A stretch of 64,000 nucleotides of DNA from assembly GCA_029068165.1 (NCBI GenBank), contig JAIEDA010000013.1, forward strand, positions 71,863 through 135,862, written 5' to 3'. How positions within the stretch are numbered: the first letter of the stretch is position 1; every line of letters starts with the position of its first letter. The notes under the pieces were generated by a model that saw only the letters and a list, made by a program, of their open reading frames with translations, was not told where the DNA came from and made no database searches. This DNA comes from Clostridia bacterium. GTDB lineage: Bacteria > Bacillota > Clostridia > Christensenellales > UBA3700. The position numbers and the translations under genes are program-made. This document shows positions 36,061-45,013 of the stretch, in pieces.

Positions 36061-37539
36061 TTAAAGACCGAGTACCATCAATAGCGCCGAAGCAAGATAA
36101 GGTCTAATATTCGTCGCTTCAATTACGTTGTCAATATATCCGTCCTTAGCGGCAACTATAGGATTGCTTTGCATTTGAGCGTAAACTTCCTCAGCCGTCT
36201 TACCCTTGATTTGGATATTAGCCATAACCTTTTCAAAATATTTCAAAGCCTTTTCCAAAGAAAGCGTATCTACGTCGCTCTTAGCTTCGGCTTCTTTGCT
36301 TGCTTTCTTAAGTTCCTTGATTTGGTCCGTAGCGATAACTTTGCTTACGTCCATACCTACAGGCGCTACTACCGCGCCAGCCGTAGCCAAAGTATAATCA
36401 AAGCCTATAGACTTGCTCATAAGCGCGCTGTAAGCGTAGCCTACCGCATTGCCTACTGCAACGCCGATTTTCGGTATCGTACTCAAAGCAATAGTCTTCA
36501 TCAAAGCGCTAGTCTTTTTCGCAAAGCCGCCAAGCTCTTGCTCGTACGACGGATTTACGCCCAAAGAGTCAACGAGCGTAACGAGCGGGATATTGTAAGC
36601 TTCCAACTTCTCCACGAAAGAAGTTGCCTTTTGCAATCCTTGCTCGGAGATATACTCGCCCTCGGTAGCGATTACGCCAACCGAAAGACCGTTGAGCTTC
36701 GCAAGCGAACATACTACTTCTTTAGCGTACGTCGGACAGTATTCGATTACGCTGTTCTTATCCATTATTAAAGCCGTCCTGTCCTTTGCGGAAATCTTGT
36801 TCTCGAGTTTAGGACTTACGCGATTGGGGTCGTCCGCAGGCTCGCCCTCGTCGCTAAGAAGCGTAGAAGTAAGTTTTTGGAGCTTTTGAGCCAAATCTTT
36901 AGTATCGTTATAAACAAATTGAGCTACGTCGCTTACGCCTTCGTACGCCTTATAGCCCAATTTCTTTTTATAGTCTACAGGGAAAGATTTTGCATCCGAT
37001 ACTAAATACATAGGAGAATTTACGGACATAATCGCGTCGTTGGACATAAATACGAAGTCGGCTCCCGCTACGAACGTAGCCATCATACCGACTGCAACGC
37101 CCTTTACGATACAAATATGCGGAACCTCGTCGGACAAATCGAAACTGCTTGCAATAAGTTTAGCGTAGCCTTCCATAACGCTTGCGCCCTCGCCCACTCT
37201 TGCGCCGCTACAGTCTATAATAGAAATAAGCGGAGTGCCGGCTTTGATAGCTCTTTGCATACACTTACAAATCTTGTTTGCGTGAGCGTCGCTCAAGCTT
37301 CCTTTGAGCACTTGAGAATTTTGCGCGAATATATGAACGGGATTTCCGCCCATCGTAGCATAACCGGTAACCACGCCTTCGCCCAACGCTTCTTCGGCGC
37401 TGTCAAAACTCTTGCCGGTCAAAAAAACGTCGGTTTCAACGAAACTTTCGCTGTCCACGATGCTTTCCAAAAACGCTTTAACTTCGGAAGTAGCCTTGTC
37501 CAATACCTTTACGCTAGCCGAGAGTGCTTTGTTCTCCAT
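36061..37539 (-). CDS. Acyl-CoA carboxyltransferase (MmdA/GcdA/12S-type, divergent)
   Basis: 492 aa from the ATG at 37539 (GGAGG Shine-Dalgarno). The track's upstream start is a TTG inside the Shine-Dalgarno. Two crotonase-like halves, with GVVTGYATMGGNPVHIFAQ...ID CSGARVGEG matching the carboxyl transferase family pattern. Confidence 0.8.
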   Translation of the reverse strand: MENKALSASVKVLDKATSEVKAFLESIVDSESFVETDVFLTGKSFDSAEEALGEGVVTGYATMGGNPVHIFAQNSQVLKGSLSDAHANKICKCMQRAIKAGTPLISIIDCSGARVGEGASVMEGYAKLIASSFDLSDEVPHICIVKGVAVGMMATFVAGADFVFMSNDAIMSVNSPMYLVSDAKSFPVDYKKKLGYKAYEGVSDVAQFVYNDTKDLAQKLQKLTSTLLSDEGEPADDPNRVSPKLENKISAKDRTALIMDKNSVIEYCPTYAKEVVCSLAKLNGLSVGVIATEGEYISEQGLQKATSFVEKLEAYNIPLVTLVDSLGVNPSYEQELGGFAKKTSALMKTIALSTIPKIGVAVGNAVGYAYSALMSKSIGFDYTLATAGAVVAPVGMDVSKVIATDQIKELKKASKEAEAKSDVDTLSLEKALKYFEKVMANIQIKGKTAEEVYAQMQSNPIVAAKDGYIDNVIEATNIRPYLASALLMVLGL

Positions 37540-37634
37540 AAAAACCTCCAAATGTAGTATGAATACCTTAAATAAATAACAATATATTGACTGAGAACGC
37601 GTCTTTTAGCGTTCGTCGATTAACAATCATAACT

Positions 37635-37663
37635 ATTATATTTGTTAATATTTTTTTTTGCAA
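37635..37663 (-). promoter_or_regulatory. SigmaA-type promoter of the decarboxylase operon
   Basis: Minus-sense TTGCAA, 17-nt spacer, TATAAT. A GAACGC-8 nt-GCGTTC inverted repeat (37595-37614) lies in the leader. Confidence 0.55.
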
Positions 37664-37712
37664 GCGAATTAACGATAAATTTGATAAAAATTTTTAATTA
37701 TATAAATATTAT

Positions 37713-37740
37713 AAAAACGCCTTGCCTAAAAGACAAGACG
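37713..37740 (-). terminator. Intrinsic terminator after rluB
   Basis: Minus-sense CGTCTTG-loop-CAAGGCG (one G-U pair) followed by TTTTTAT. Confidence 0.7.
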
Positions 37741-37751
37741 CTTTGACTTAC

Positions 37752-38465
37752 TTATATCTTCCTCAAATATTCGACCTCGATATCGCTCAAGTACCTATAA
37801 CCGCCTCTTGATAATCCGCCGAGCCTTAACTCTCCCACGGCAATTCTCTTAAGGAAAACAACCTCTCGCTCGACCGCCTCGAACATCTTCCTCACTTGAC
37901 GGTTTTTACCCTCGCTGATAGTGACTTGCAACTTTGATTCTCCGTCCTTAAATTCAAGAAGTTTGACCTTAGCCCGCTTGGTTTTTTCTCCGTCCACGAC
38001 AACTCCTTTGCGAAGCTGAGCGAGTTTATGCTCGGGCATTTCCCCTTTTACTCTAACCAAATAAGTCTTCGGCACTTCAAAACTCGGGTGCGTGAGTTTA
38101 TGCGCCAAATCGCCGTCATTGGTCAAAAGTAGCATTCCTTCAGTGTCGTAGTCAAGTCTTCCGACCGGACAAAGATGCGGTATATTGAGGTCGCTAAGAT
38201 AATCAAATACCGTTTTTCTACCCTTTTCGTCGCTTACGCTCGTAATACAACCCTTAGGCTTGTAAAACATCACGTACGAGTAGTCGCTCGCAGGCTTGAC
38301 GATTTTATCGTCAACCATTACGGTATCGTTGACTTCGTTTATAGATTTTCCGAGTTCCGTAACAGTCTTACCGTTCACCCTGACCCTTCCGTCGGCGATT
38401 AATTTGTCGGCGTTACGTCTAGAGGCTACCCCCGCGGACGCTAAATATTTGTTGAGTCTTTCCAT
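37752..38465 (-). CDS. rluB: 23S rRNA pseudouridine synthase RluB-type (S4 domain + RsuA family catalytic domain)
   Basis: 237 aa. MERLNKYLASAGVASRR S4 motif and catalytic GRLDYDTEG. Confidence 0.9.
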   Translation of the reverse strand: MERLNKYLASAGVASRRNADKLIADGRVRVNGKTVTELGKSINEVNDTVMVDDKIVKPASDYSYVMFYKPKGCITSVSDEKGRKTVFDYLSDLNIPHLCPVGRLDYDTEGMLLLTNDGDLAHKLTHPSFEVPKTYLVRVKGEMPEHKLAQLRKGVVVDGEKTKRAKVKLLEFKDGESKLQVTISEGKNRQVRKMFEAVEREVVFLKRIAVGELRLGGLSRGGYRYLSDIEVEYLRKI

Positions 38466-39693
38466 TCGTATAACTTATTTGCCAATCCCCTACGAAAGCC
38501 GAGAGTTTTTGCAAAGCTCCTATATCGTTAATTTCATTTATATTAACAATATTTGCGCTAAAAAGCAAACGATTATCGTCATAAAACCTCAATTTTCCTA
38601 TTACGGCGCCTGCGGCAAGGTTGGGAGCTAAGTCTTCCCGTATCTCAAACCTGCAGCTAAGTCCCAAGTTTTCACCGTCCTTTAGCGGCATAACGAAGTC
38701 GTTTTCAAGAGCAATTCCATACTCCTTGTCCCCTACGGATATACTCTCGAGTATATCGCCCTTTTTGCCTACTTCTACGGGAACGTACTCGTTGAAAGCC
38801 TTATCCATATTCGCCGCGCAAGTTCCGTAAGTGTCATAGATATTCAAAACCGCGCAAATCAACTGCATACCGTTACGCTCGGCGGAACTTACCAAACAAC
38901 GTCCCGAATCTTTAGTATAACCTGTTTTTACGCCGTTTGCGCCGTCGTAATTAGCGAGCATCTTGTTTTTATTGGCAAAATAATAAGTCGGATGAGTGTC
39001 GTTGCTCTCTACGGTATATGTCTTCGTCCCGACAATCTTCTTAAACTCTTCGTTTCTCATAGCGAACGCGGTTATGACTGCCAAATCGTAAGCCGAAGTA
39101 TAATGGGTATCTCCGTGTAAACCGTTGGGGTTGTCGAAGTGCGTGTTCTTAAGTCCCAACTCCGCCGCCTTGTCGTTCATCATCTTTACGAAGTTTTCTA
39201 CGCTACCGCCCGCGGCAACCGCCAACGCCACCGCCGCGTCGTTTCCGCTTCTAAGCATAAGACCATAAATCAAGTCCCGAATTGTCCATATTTCTCCATA
39301 CTTTAAGTAAATGGACGAACCTTCTACTCCTACCGCTTCGTCGGCAACTTTGATTTCTTTATTTAAGTCTACGTTTTCAATAGCGACTAGCGCCGTCATA
39401 ATCTTCGTCGTACTCGCCATTTCAAGCGGCATATCTTTATTACTCTCCGCCAACACTCTTAGCGTAGACTCTTCTATTACTACCATAGACGAGGATCTAT
39501 TAGCCGCAGTAGCATTATAATAACTATCCGCGTTTTCTATAGAAGAATTGAGTTTCAACTCCGCATTGTCAGCAAACGCTAAATCATCCGAAATTATCGA
39601 TTTTAGCTGAATAAACATTATGCTTAGAATTAATATGGCTAAAATTACCGAAATAGTTTTACAAATTGATTTAATTGAGAAATATTTGCTCAT
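38419..39693 (-). CDS. D-alanyl-D-alanine carboxypeptidase (S11; DacB/DacF-like, sporulation context)
   Basis: 424 aa. Signal/TM segment, SxxK (ASTTKIMTA), SGN and KTG motifs, and a PBP5 C-terminal domain. The start overlaps ytfJ (ATGA) and the 3' end overlaps the rluB start by 47 nt. Confidence 0.85.
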   Translation of the reverse strand: MSKYFSIKSICKTISVILAILILSIMFIQLKSIISDDLAFADNAELKLNSSIENADSYYNATAANRSSSMVVIEESTLRVLAESNKDMPLEMASTTKIMTALVAIENVDLNKEIKVADEAVGVEGSSIYLKYGEIWTIRDLIYGLMLRSGNDAAVALAVAAGGSVENFVKMMNDKAAELGLKNTHFDNPNGLHGDTHYTSAYDLAVITAFAMRNEEFKKIVGTKTYTVESNDTHPTYYFANKNKMLANYDGANGVKTGYTKDSGRCLVSSAERNGMQLICAVLNIYDTYGTCAANMDKAFNEYVPVEVGKKGDILESISVGDKEYGIALENDFVMPLKDGENLGLSCRFEIREDLAPNLAAGAVIGKLRFYDDNRLLFSANIVNINEINDIGALQKLSAFVGDWQISYTNGKTQQIFSVRGGSL

Positions 39694-40064
39694 TATTTTT
39701 TATCCTTAACCAAATTTAACGTAGCTGAAATCAAGTCTTTCCACTTGCCCTCGCTAGCCTTTTCATCGACTTTGACAAGAGTAGTTTGATTGTCGCTGAA
39801 CACCAAAAAACCCATAGGCGAAAGAGATATTCCCCCGCCGCCTCCGCCTGCGTAAGGTTGCAACTTATCGCTCTTCAAATCCGAGAATTTATTAGTTTCA
39901 CCGCCGCCTCCGCCGCTTACGAACCCGACGGACACTTTTGTCAGCGGTATAGCCATAGTCTTATCGTCAAGATATATCGGCTTAAAAACCATATCTTCGC
40001 TCTTGACTATTCCCCTCAAATTATCAAGCGTATTGTTCATAATTTCCTGTAACGAATTGTCCAT
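39693..40064 (-). CDS. ytfJ: Spore protein YtfJ/GerW family
   Basis: 123 aa. IPLTKVSVGFVSGGGG and a second Gly-rich segment are typical of YtfJ. Confidence 0.8.
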   Translation of the reverse strand: MDNSLQEIMNNTLDNLRGIVKSEDMVFKPIYLDDKTMAIPLTKVSVGFVSGGGGGETNKFSDLKSDKLQPYAGGGGGGISLSPMGFLVFSDNQTTLVKVDEKASEGKWKDLISATLNLVKDKK

Positions 40065-40091
40065 AAAATTTTTCTCCTTAAATTATGCTGT

Positions 40092-40685
40092 TTATGCCTT
40101 TTGAAATCTTCTTTTCTGAGCTAGTATGTGTAAGATATAGAAAAATATTTTTAGTAGCGACAACTTTATTACGCCCTCTAAAAAGAGTCCTCTAAATGAG
40201 GATTCGTCGCATACGTTTTTTACCTTGAGATTGTTTACTTCCAACTTTTCCTGTAAAAACGCCAACGCGCCGTTTATTACAAACGCTACCCCGCCGTCAA
40301 ACATCGCCCTGTTTTTGATCTCCTCAAACTGAGCTCCGTATTCCACTACGGCGTTGGAAAGCGTGATTTTCGGCATATTCTCGACGATATAGTAAATATA
40401 CGAAAGCGTACGGAGTTTCTTATCTTCCTTTTCCTTCTTTTCGTCGTCCTTTTCTTGCTTTTTGAGAAGCGTTATGTCGCCCTTATTAAATTGATAATAA
40501 AATTGCTCTTCGCTGATAAAAATTTTAAATCCGATAATTTCTATCCAATCAAAAATATATACTTTGACGCATACACTGAGGTTGTTTGCGTCTATTCTTA
40601 TGGAAGTCTTGATACCGTACGCCAATACAACTATAAAAGCGTAAATAATCAATAATATCGCAAATAATAAAAAAATGCACCACAT
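40092..40685 (-). CDS. YtfI-like (DUF2953-type) membrane protein, putative
   Basis: 197 aa with an N-terminal TM. The position directly upstream of ytfJ mirrors the B. subtilis ytfI-ytfJ pair. No motif verified. Confidence 0.45.
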   Translation of the reverse strand: MWCIFLLFAILLIIYAFIVVLAYGIKTSIRIDANNLSVCVKVYIFDWIEIIGFKIFISEEQFYYQFNKGDITLLKKQEKDDEKKEKEDKKLRTLSYIYYIVENMPKITLSNAVVEYGAQFEEIKNRAMFDGGVAFVINGALAFLQEKLEVNNLKVKNVCDESSFRGLFLEGVIKLSLLKIFFYILHILAQKRRFQKA

Positions 40686-40749
40686 ATTGCTATGTTGCGC
40701 ATTTTTTTAATTAATATTATATTTAGCTAATTAAATGTAAATGGCTTAA

Positions 40750-41532
40750 TCAAGTTACGATTTCGCCGCCGTCTTCATCTTCTTCTACGGTTTCAACAGC
40801 CGCCGTATCCGCAGCTACTTCCCGCTCCTCATAATCATCGCCATTGCCCTCAAGCACTTGCAACTCTTCGCCCTGCAAAAATTCGGGAGTTACGGTCATA
40901 TCCATCATTTCGTCAAGTTCTTCTTTCACTGCATCGTCATCCTCGAATTTCTCGCCGATAACTCTTTCGCGATATAGTCCGTCAGTTTGGATATTGTAGT
41001 TGCTGTATTCGACGAGCCTACGCATAACTTCTTCATAATCAGGCAATTTGTCAAGACTTTCTATCTCGAATTTCTTCAAGAAGTCATCAGTAGTTCCGTA
41101 AAGAATAGGCTTTCCTGGAGCGTCCTTAAATCCGCACGTCTTTATCATATTGATTTTCAACAGCACGCTAAGCGGATAGTCCGCGCTCGCGCCCCTGCAA
41201 TCTTCAATTTCACCCCTCGTAATGGGCTGTCTATACGCAATCAACGACAGGACCTCCAAGAGTATCTTTGACAATTCCTTTTCTCTTACGGGTCTTAGCA
41301 TATCGCTTACGATTTCGCCGTATTTGCTGTTGGACGCAAACTGAACCTTATCTTTGAATACTTCTAGAACGATACCGCTATCTCCGCTATACTTCTCGGC
41401 GAGCTGATCAATAGCCTCGTTGAGCTGTTTTCTACTAATTTCTTCGGGAAGACCGTTGAGAATATCGCTTCTTTTCACCGGCACTCCAGCGGCAAATATA
41501 ATTGCTTCTAGCATTTGCAATAAGTTGTCCAT
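40750..41532 (-). CDS. scpB: Segregation and condensation protein B, with acidic C-terminal tail
   Basis: 260 aa. LEAIIFAAGVPV N-terminus and tandem winged-helix pattern. Follows scpA. Confidence 0.9.
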   Translation of the reverse strand: MDNLLQMLEAIIFAAGVPVKRSDILNGLPEEISRKQLNEAIDQLAEKYSGDSGIVLEVFKDKVQFASNSKYGEIVSDMLRPVREKELSKILLEVLSLIAYRQPITRGEIEDCRGASADYPLSVLLKINMIKTCGFKDAPGKPILYGTTDDFLKKFEIESLDKLPDYEEVMRRLVEYSNYNIQTDGLYRERVIGEKFEDDDAVKEELDEMMDMTVTPEFLQGEELQVLEGNGDDYEEREVAADTAAVETVEEDEDGGEIVT

Positions 41533-41534
41533 AA

Positions 41535-42341
41535 TCAGTATTTCTCCTCAGTCTTTTTCAATTCTTGTAAATCTACTTTATCCGCGTCTACCTGCTCGTT
41601 CAAAGATATGAATATATCTTGCCCGAAATCTTCTTGCACGGCAATGACTATTTGCTTCTTCATAAGCTCCAACAGCGCTTGGAAGGTCGTAATAACCTCG
41701 CTTCGAGTAATATCTTCTTCAAACAGCTTGTTGAAAACGACGCTTTTATTCTTGAGGACGTATTTTGATATGTATTCTATCTTATCCGCAACGGTAAATC
41801 TATCCTTTTGAATTTTTTTCGTCGCTTGCTTCTTCTCTTTTTCTATCGTATTGAGAAGTATTTTTCCGTACGCTTCTATAAGCTTATCGAAAGAAAAGTC
41901 GTTGACTACGATAATCGCGTCGGCGTTGGTAAACTTAGGCTTTCTATAAAACTTATTCAAAGTTTCCATTTCTTTAAGCTTAATAGCCTGTTCTTTACAT
42001 AGTTGGAACATTAAGATTTTTCTTCTAAGTTCGTCCTGAGGATCGACGTAGTCCTCGTCCTCGTATTCGTCCTCTTCTATCTTAGGCAAACACTCTCTCG
42101 CCTTGATTTCCAATAGCATTGCGGCTATTTTAATGTATTCGGCGGCTTCTTCCATATCTAGTTTTTGAACTTGCTCCAAGTGCAACATATACTGTTCGGT
42201 AATTTGCGCCAAAGGAAACGTACGGATATCGTACTTTTTTTCAACGACGATAAGTTCGTAAAGAAGTTCGATAGGTCCGTCAAAATCGCTGATATTGAGG
42301 ATAATATTTTGGGTAACGTGTTTATCGAAGAAATTGCTCAT
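41535..42341 (-). CDS. scpA: Segregation and condensation protein A (kleisin)
   Basis: 268 aa. FDGPIELLYELI N-terminus and FQALLEL C-terminal winged helix. Confidence 0.9.
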   Translation of the reverse strand: MSNFFDKHVTQNIILNISDFDGPIELLYELIVVEKKYDIRTFPLAQITEQYMLHLEQVQKLDMEEAAEYIKIAAMLLEIKARECLPKIEEDEYEDEDYVDPQDELRRKILMFQLCKEQAIKLKEMETLNKFYRKPKFTNADAIIVVNDFSFDKLIEAYGKILLNTIEKEKKQATKKIQKDRFTVADKIEYISKYVLKNKSVVFNKLFEEDITRSEVITTFQALLELMKKQIVIAVQEDFGQDIFISLNEQVDADKVDLQELKKTEEKY

Positions 42342-42350
42342 TATATCCTC

Positions 42351-43097
42351 CTATATCCAATTCAACGCTAAGCCGAAAATCTTGTCAAAGAGCCAAGTCA
42401 GCGCCGTTCTTACCGCATTCAAATAGTTGGACAGTATATCCAACTGCGGGATAAACCTTCCGACAAACAAACTCAAAAGCAATATTACAAGCATTACTTG
42501 CGAGCCGTGCTTATACATAAAATTAACGTATTTATTGTTTGGTTTAGCAAGCGTTTCTACCACTCTAAATCCGTCCAACGGATATATCGGCAACAGGTTG
42601 AACGCCATCAACACGATATTGAACGTAACCGAAAGCTGTAATAGATAACTTATAAATATCAAGAAATAGGATAAAGCGTTGTCGCTTAGCGCTACCGAAG
42701 CCGTCAACTTCGTAAAGATAGCAAGTATCAAAGCGCTTATAAATGCAACGATAAAGTTGAACGTAACTCCCGCCAAAGCGGTCATAACCATACCTTTTTT
42801 ATATTTCTTGAAGTTCCTCGAATCTATAGGAACGGGCTTTGCCCAACCGAATCCGACGAGCATCATCATAGCAAAACCTATCGGATCGAGATGCTTAATA
42901 GGATTGAGCGACAGTCTTCCCATAAACTTAGCCGTCTTATCCCCGTTCCAATACGCGACGTAACCGTGAGCCATTTCGTGTCCCACGATTGCAACCATTA
43001 TCGCAATTACGTACGCTATTATTCCCAGTACCACAACGCCGAAGCCTAAAGCCTTGACGAGCGAACTGTTGACGAGTCCTATTATGAAAGAAAACAC
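42351..43097 (-). CDS. M50-family site-2 protease-like membrane metalloprotease
   Basis: 248 aa, polytopic. HEMAHG zinc motif and LLPIYPLDG second motif. GTG start with an AGGAG Shine-Dalgarno. Confidence 0.8.
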   Translation of the reverse strand: MFSFIIGLVNSSLVKALGFGVVVLGIIAYVIAIMVAIVGHEMAHGYVAYWNGDKTAKFMGRLSLNPIKHLDPIGFAMMMLVGFGWAKPVPIDSRNFKKYKKGMVMTALAGVTFNFIVAFISALILAIFTKLTASVALSDNALSYFLIFISYLLQLSVTFNIVLMAFNLLPIYPLDGFRVVETLAKPNNKYVNFMYKHGSQVMLVILLLSLFVGRFIPQLDILSNYLNAVRTALTWLFDKIFGLALNWI

Positions 43098-43121
43098 TGT
43101 TCACTCCTATATACATTATAT

Positions 43122-43150
43122 ATTATAATAAATATTGCCCTTTAAGTCAA
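43122..43150 (-). promoter_or_regulatory. SigmaA-type promoter for the M50-scpA-scpB operon
   Basis: Minus-sense TTGACT, 17-nt spacer, TATAAT. Confidence 0.55.
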
Positions 43151-43266
43151 TGATAAACGCTCTTTTTACGTTCATTTTAACCAAATAGGAAAAGCGCCGC
43201 TTATAATAAAGCAACGCTTTTACTTATTTTATTTTATATAATTATATACCGCTAAAATTCGTTATA

Positions 43267-44448
43267 TTACCAATCTTTGGCTATTCCCTTAATAATATCC
43301 AAGAACGTACTCTTGCGAGCGTCTTGCATAGCTATCAAATCCACCTTACACTCCTTACCGTCCAAAGTATAGACTGCCTGACCTATGACGTCGCCTTTAG
43401 TTATCGGAGCGGCTATTGATTCGGGCAATACGAGTTGAATTTCCTCTCCGCCTGCACCCAACTTGGAAAACTTGGTTATATCCGCAGCCGTCGCGACTTC
43501 TACGCTCTCAACGGGCGATTTCCTAACGCTAACGCTTCCCACTACTTCGCCCTTTTTGAAATAAATTTTATTCACGTAGTTGGCAAAAGAGTAATCAAAC
43601 ATCGCTCTTACTTGGTTAAACCTCGACTTACTGTCCGTACCGCCAACGATCGTAGCCACGACTTTCATACCGTTTCTCTCGGCGCACGCCGACAAACAGT
43701 GTCCAGCCGCGTCGGTATAACCCGTCTTGCCGCCTATACAGCCGCTGTATTGCTTGAGAAGTTTATTAGTATTGACGAATTGCGTAATTCTACCCGACGG
43801 GTGCTGATAATCTTCCATCCAAACGCTTGCGTACTCGAAATATTTATCGTGAGTCATAAGCTGTCTAGTCATAATATTTACATCTTTAGCGCAACTATAT
43901 TGCTCGTTTTCGCAAGGAAGTCCCGTGCAGTTTGCAAACTTAGTATTAGTCATACCCAGTTGAGCCGCCCTTTCGTTCATCATATTTACGAATGAATCCA
44001 CGCTGCCGGCAATACGCTCAGCCATCGCGTACGACGCGTCGTTTGCCGATACGACTATTATTCCCTTGATCAAATCGCTTATGCAGTATTGAGCTCCACT
44101 GTCCAAAAACATTTGACTTCCGCCCATCGACGCCGCTTCCGACGATATAGTTATCATCTCGTCGTAAGAAATCTTTCCCGCGTCTATAGCTTCGAATATC
44201 AAGTTTGCGGTCATTATCTTGACCATACTAGCAATCTCGTGTTTGGACTCGGCGTTATGCTCGTAAAGTACTTCGCCAGTATAGTATTCGGTCAAATATT
44301 CCCCAAAGCCGTTCGGCGTAAGAGGCTGCGTATCAGTCGCGGTAGCCGCTTGAGCGACTATACGCGTTTGCGAAGCCATTCCTATCGGGAAAATCGCCAA
44401 CAGCATAATGGCAAGTATTATTATCGGTAAAACAATTTTCTTTCTCAT
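43267..44448 (-). CDS. D-alanyl-D-alanine carboxypeptidase (S11; DacA-like)
   Basis: 393 aa. Signal peptide, SxxK (ASMVKIMTA), SAN and KTG motifs. Confidence 0.85.
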   Translation of the reverse strand: MRKKIVLPIIILAIMLLAIFPIGMASQTRIVAQAATATDTQPLTPNGFGEYLTEYYTGEVLYEHNAESKHEIASMVKIMTANLIFEAIDAGKISYDEMITISSEAASMGGSQMFLDSGAQYCISDLIKGIIVVSANDASYAMAERIAGSVDSFVNMMNERAAQLGMTNTKFANCTGLPCENEQYSCAKDVNIMTRQLMTHDKYFEYASVWMEDYQHPSGRITQFVNTNKLLKQYSGCIGGKTGYTDAAGHCLSACAERNGMKVVATIVGGTDSKSRFNQVRAMFDYSFANYVNKIYFKKGEVVGSVSVRKSPVESVEVATAADITKFSKLGAGGEEIQLVLPESIAAPITKGDVIGQAVYTLDGKECKVDLIAMQDARKSTFLDIIKGIAKDW

Positions 44449-44554
44449 AAAATACCCCTATACCTAGTTTTGCAAATATTGTGTTGCATTAGTCGATTTT
44501 TATTCATTATGGGTAATTTATTTGAATAGACGAAGCGTATTTTCTAAAACCTAC

Positions 44555-44583
44555 TTGAAATATACAATTAAAGACATTATACT
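44555..44583 (+). promoter_or_regulatory. SigmaA-type promoter candidate for the Spo0A_C-like gene
   Basis: TTGAAA, 17-nt spacer, TATACT, about 28 nt upstream of the ATG. Confidence 0.45.
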
Positions 44584-44610
44584 TTACGCGATTTATATTA
44601 CTATATAACT

Positions 44611-44943
44611 ATGGAAAAACGCATCTATTCATATATGCTCTCTATAGGACTTCGCCCAAATTGCTTAGGTTATAAATATATTTTTGACCTTGCGAAAACT
44701 TATATTGATGGCAACAACATTCTTCCGCTCAAACTTAACGGCTACGTTACGCTCGCCCAAAAATACGGCAAGAACGCAAGTAGCATTGATAAAAATATTC
44801 AAAACTGTATTTCCAAAGCCTGGCTTGACGCGGACATAGACGAGCTCTATAAAGAATTTGGCAGCACTATAGATATGAGCAAGGGAAAGCCGACCGCAAA
44901 GCAACTGATTATGCATATTTGCGACAAAATAAGTTCAAAATAA
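44611..44943 (+). CDS. Stand-alone Spo0A C-terminal (DNA-binding effector) domain protein; no receiver domain
   Basis: 110 aa, alignable by eye over its full length to B. subtilis Spo0A residues ~155-260. Shared pattern: IG.....GY.Y, then A..Y/F...AS......I...I..AW, then ID....FG.T..M.K.KPT, then DK. No obvious Shine-Dalgarno. Confidence 0.8.
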   Translation: MEKRIYSYMLSIGLRPNCLGYKYIFDLAKTYIDGNNILPLKLNGYVTLAQKYGKNASSIDKNIQNCISKAWLDADIDELYKEFGSTIDMSKGKPTAKQLIMHICDKISSK

Positions 44944-45013
44944 ACGCCGTGTTGTCATAATTCGCCTTTTTACCAAATAAAATTTAATACAATCAGTAAA
45001 AAGGCAACGAACT

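Noticed and set aside
40750-40840. Highly acidic C-terminal tail of ScpB (EEDEDGGE...), considered as a separate small ORF or repeat
   Set aside because: It is continuous in frame with scpB and is a plausible disordered tail, not an independent feature.
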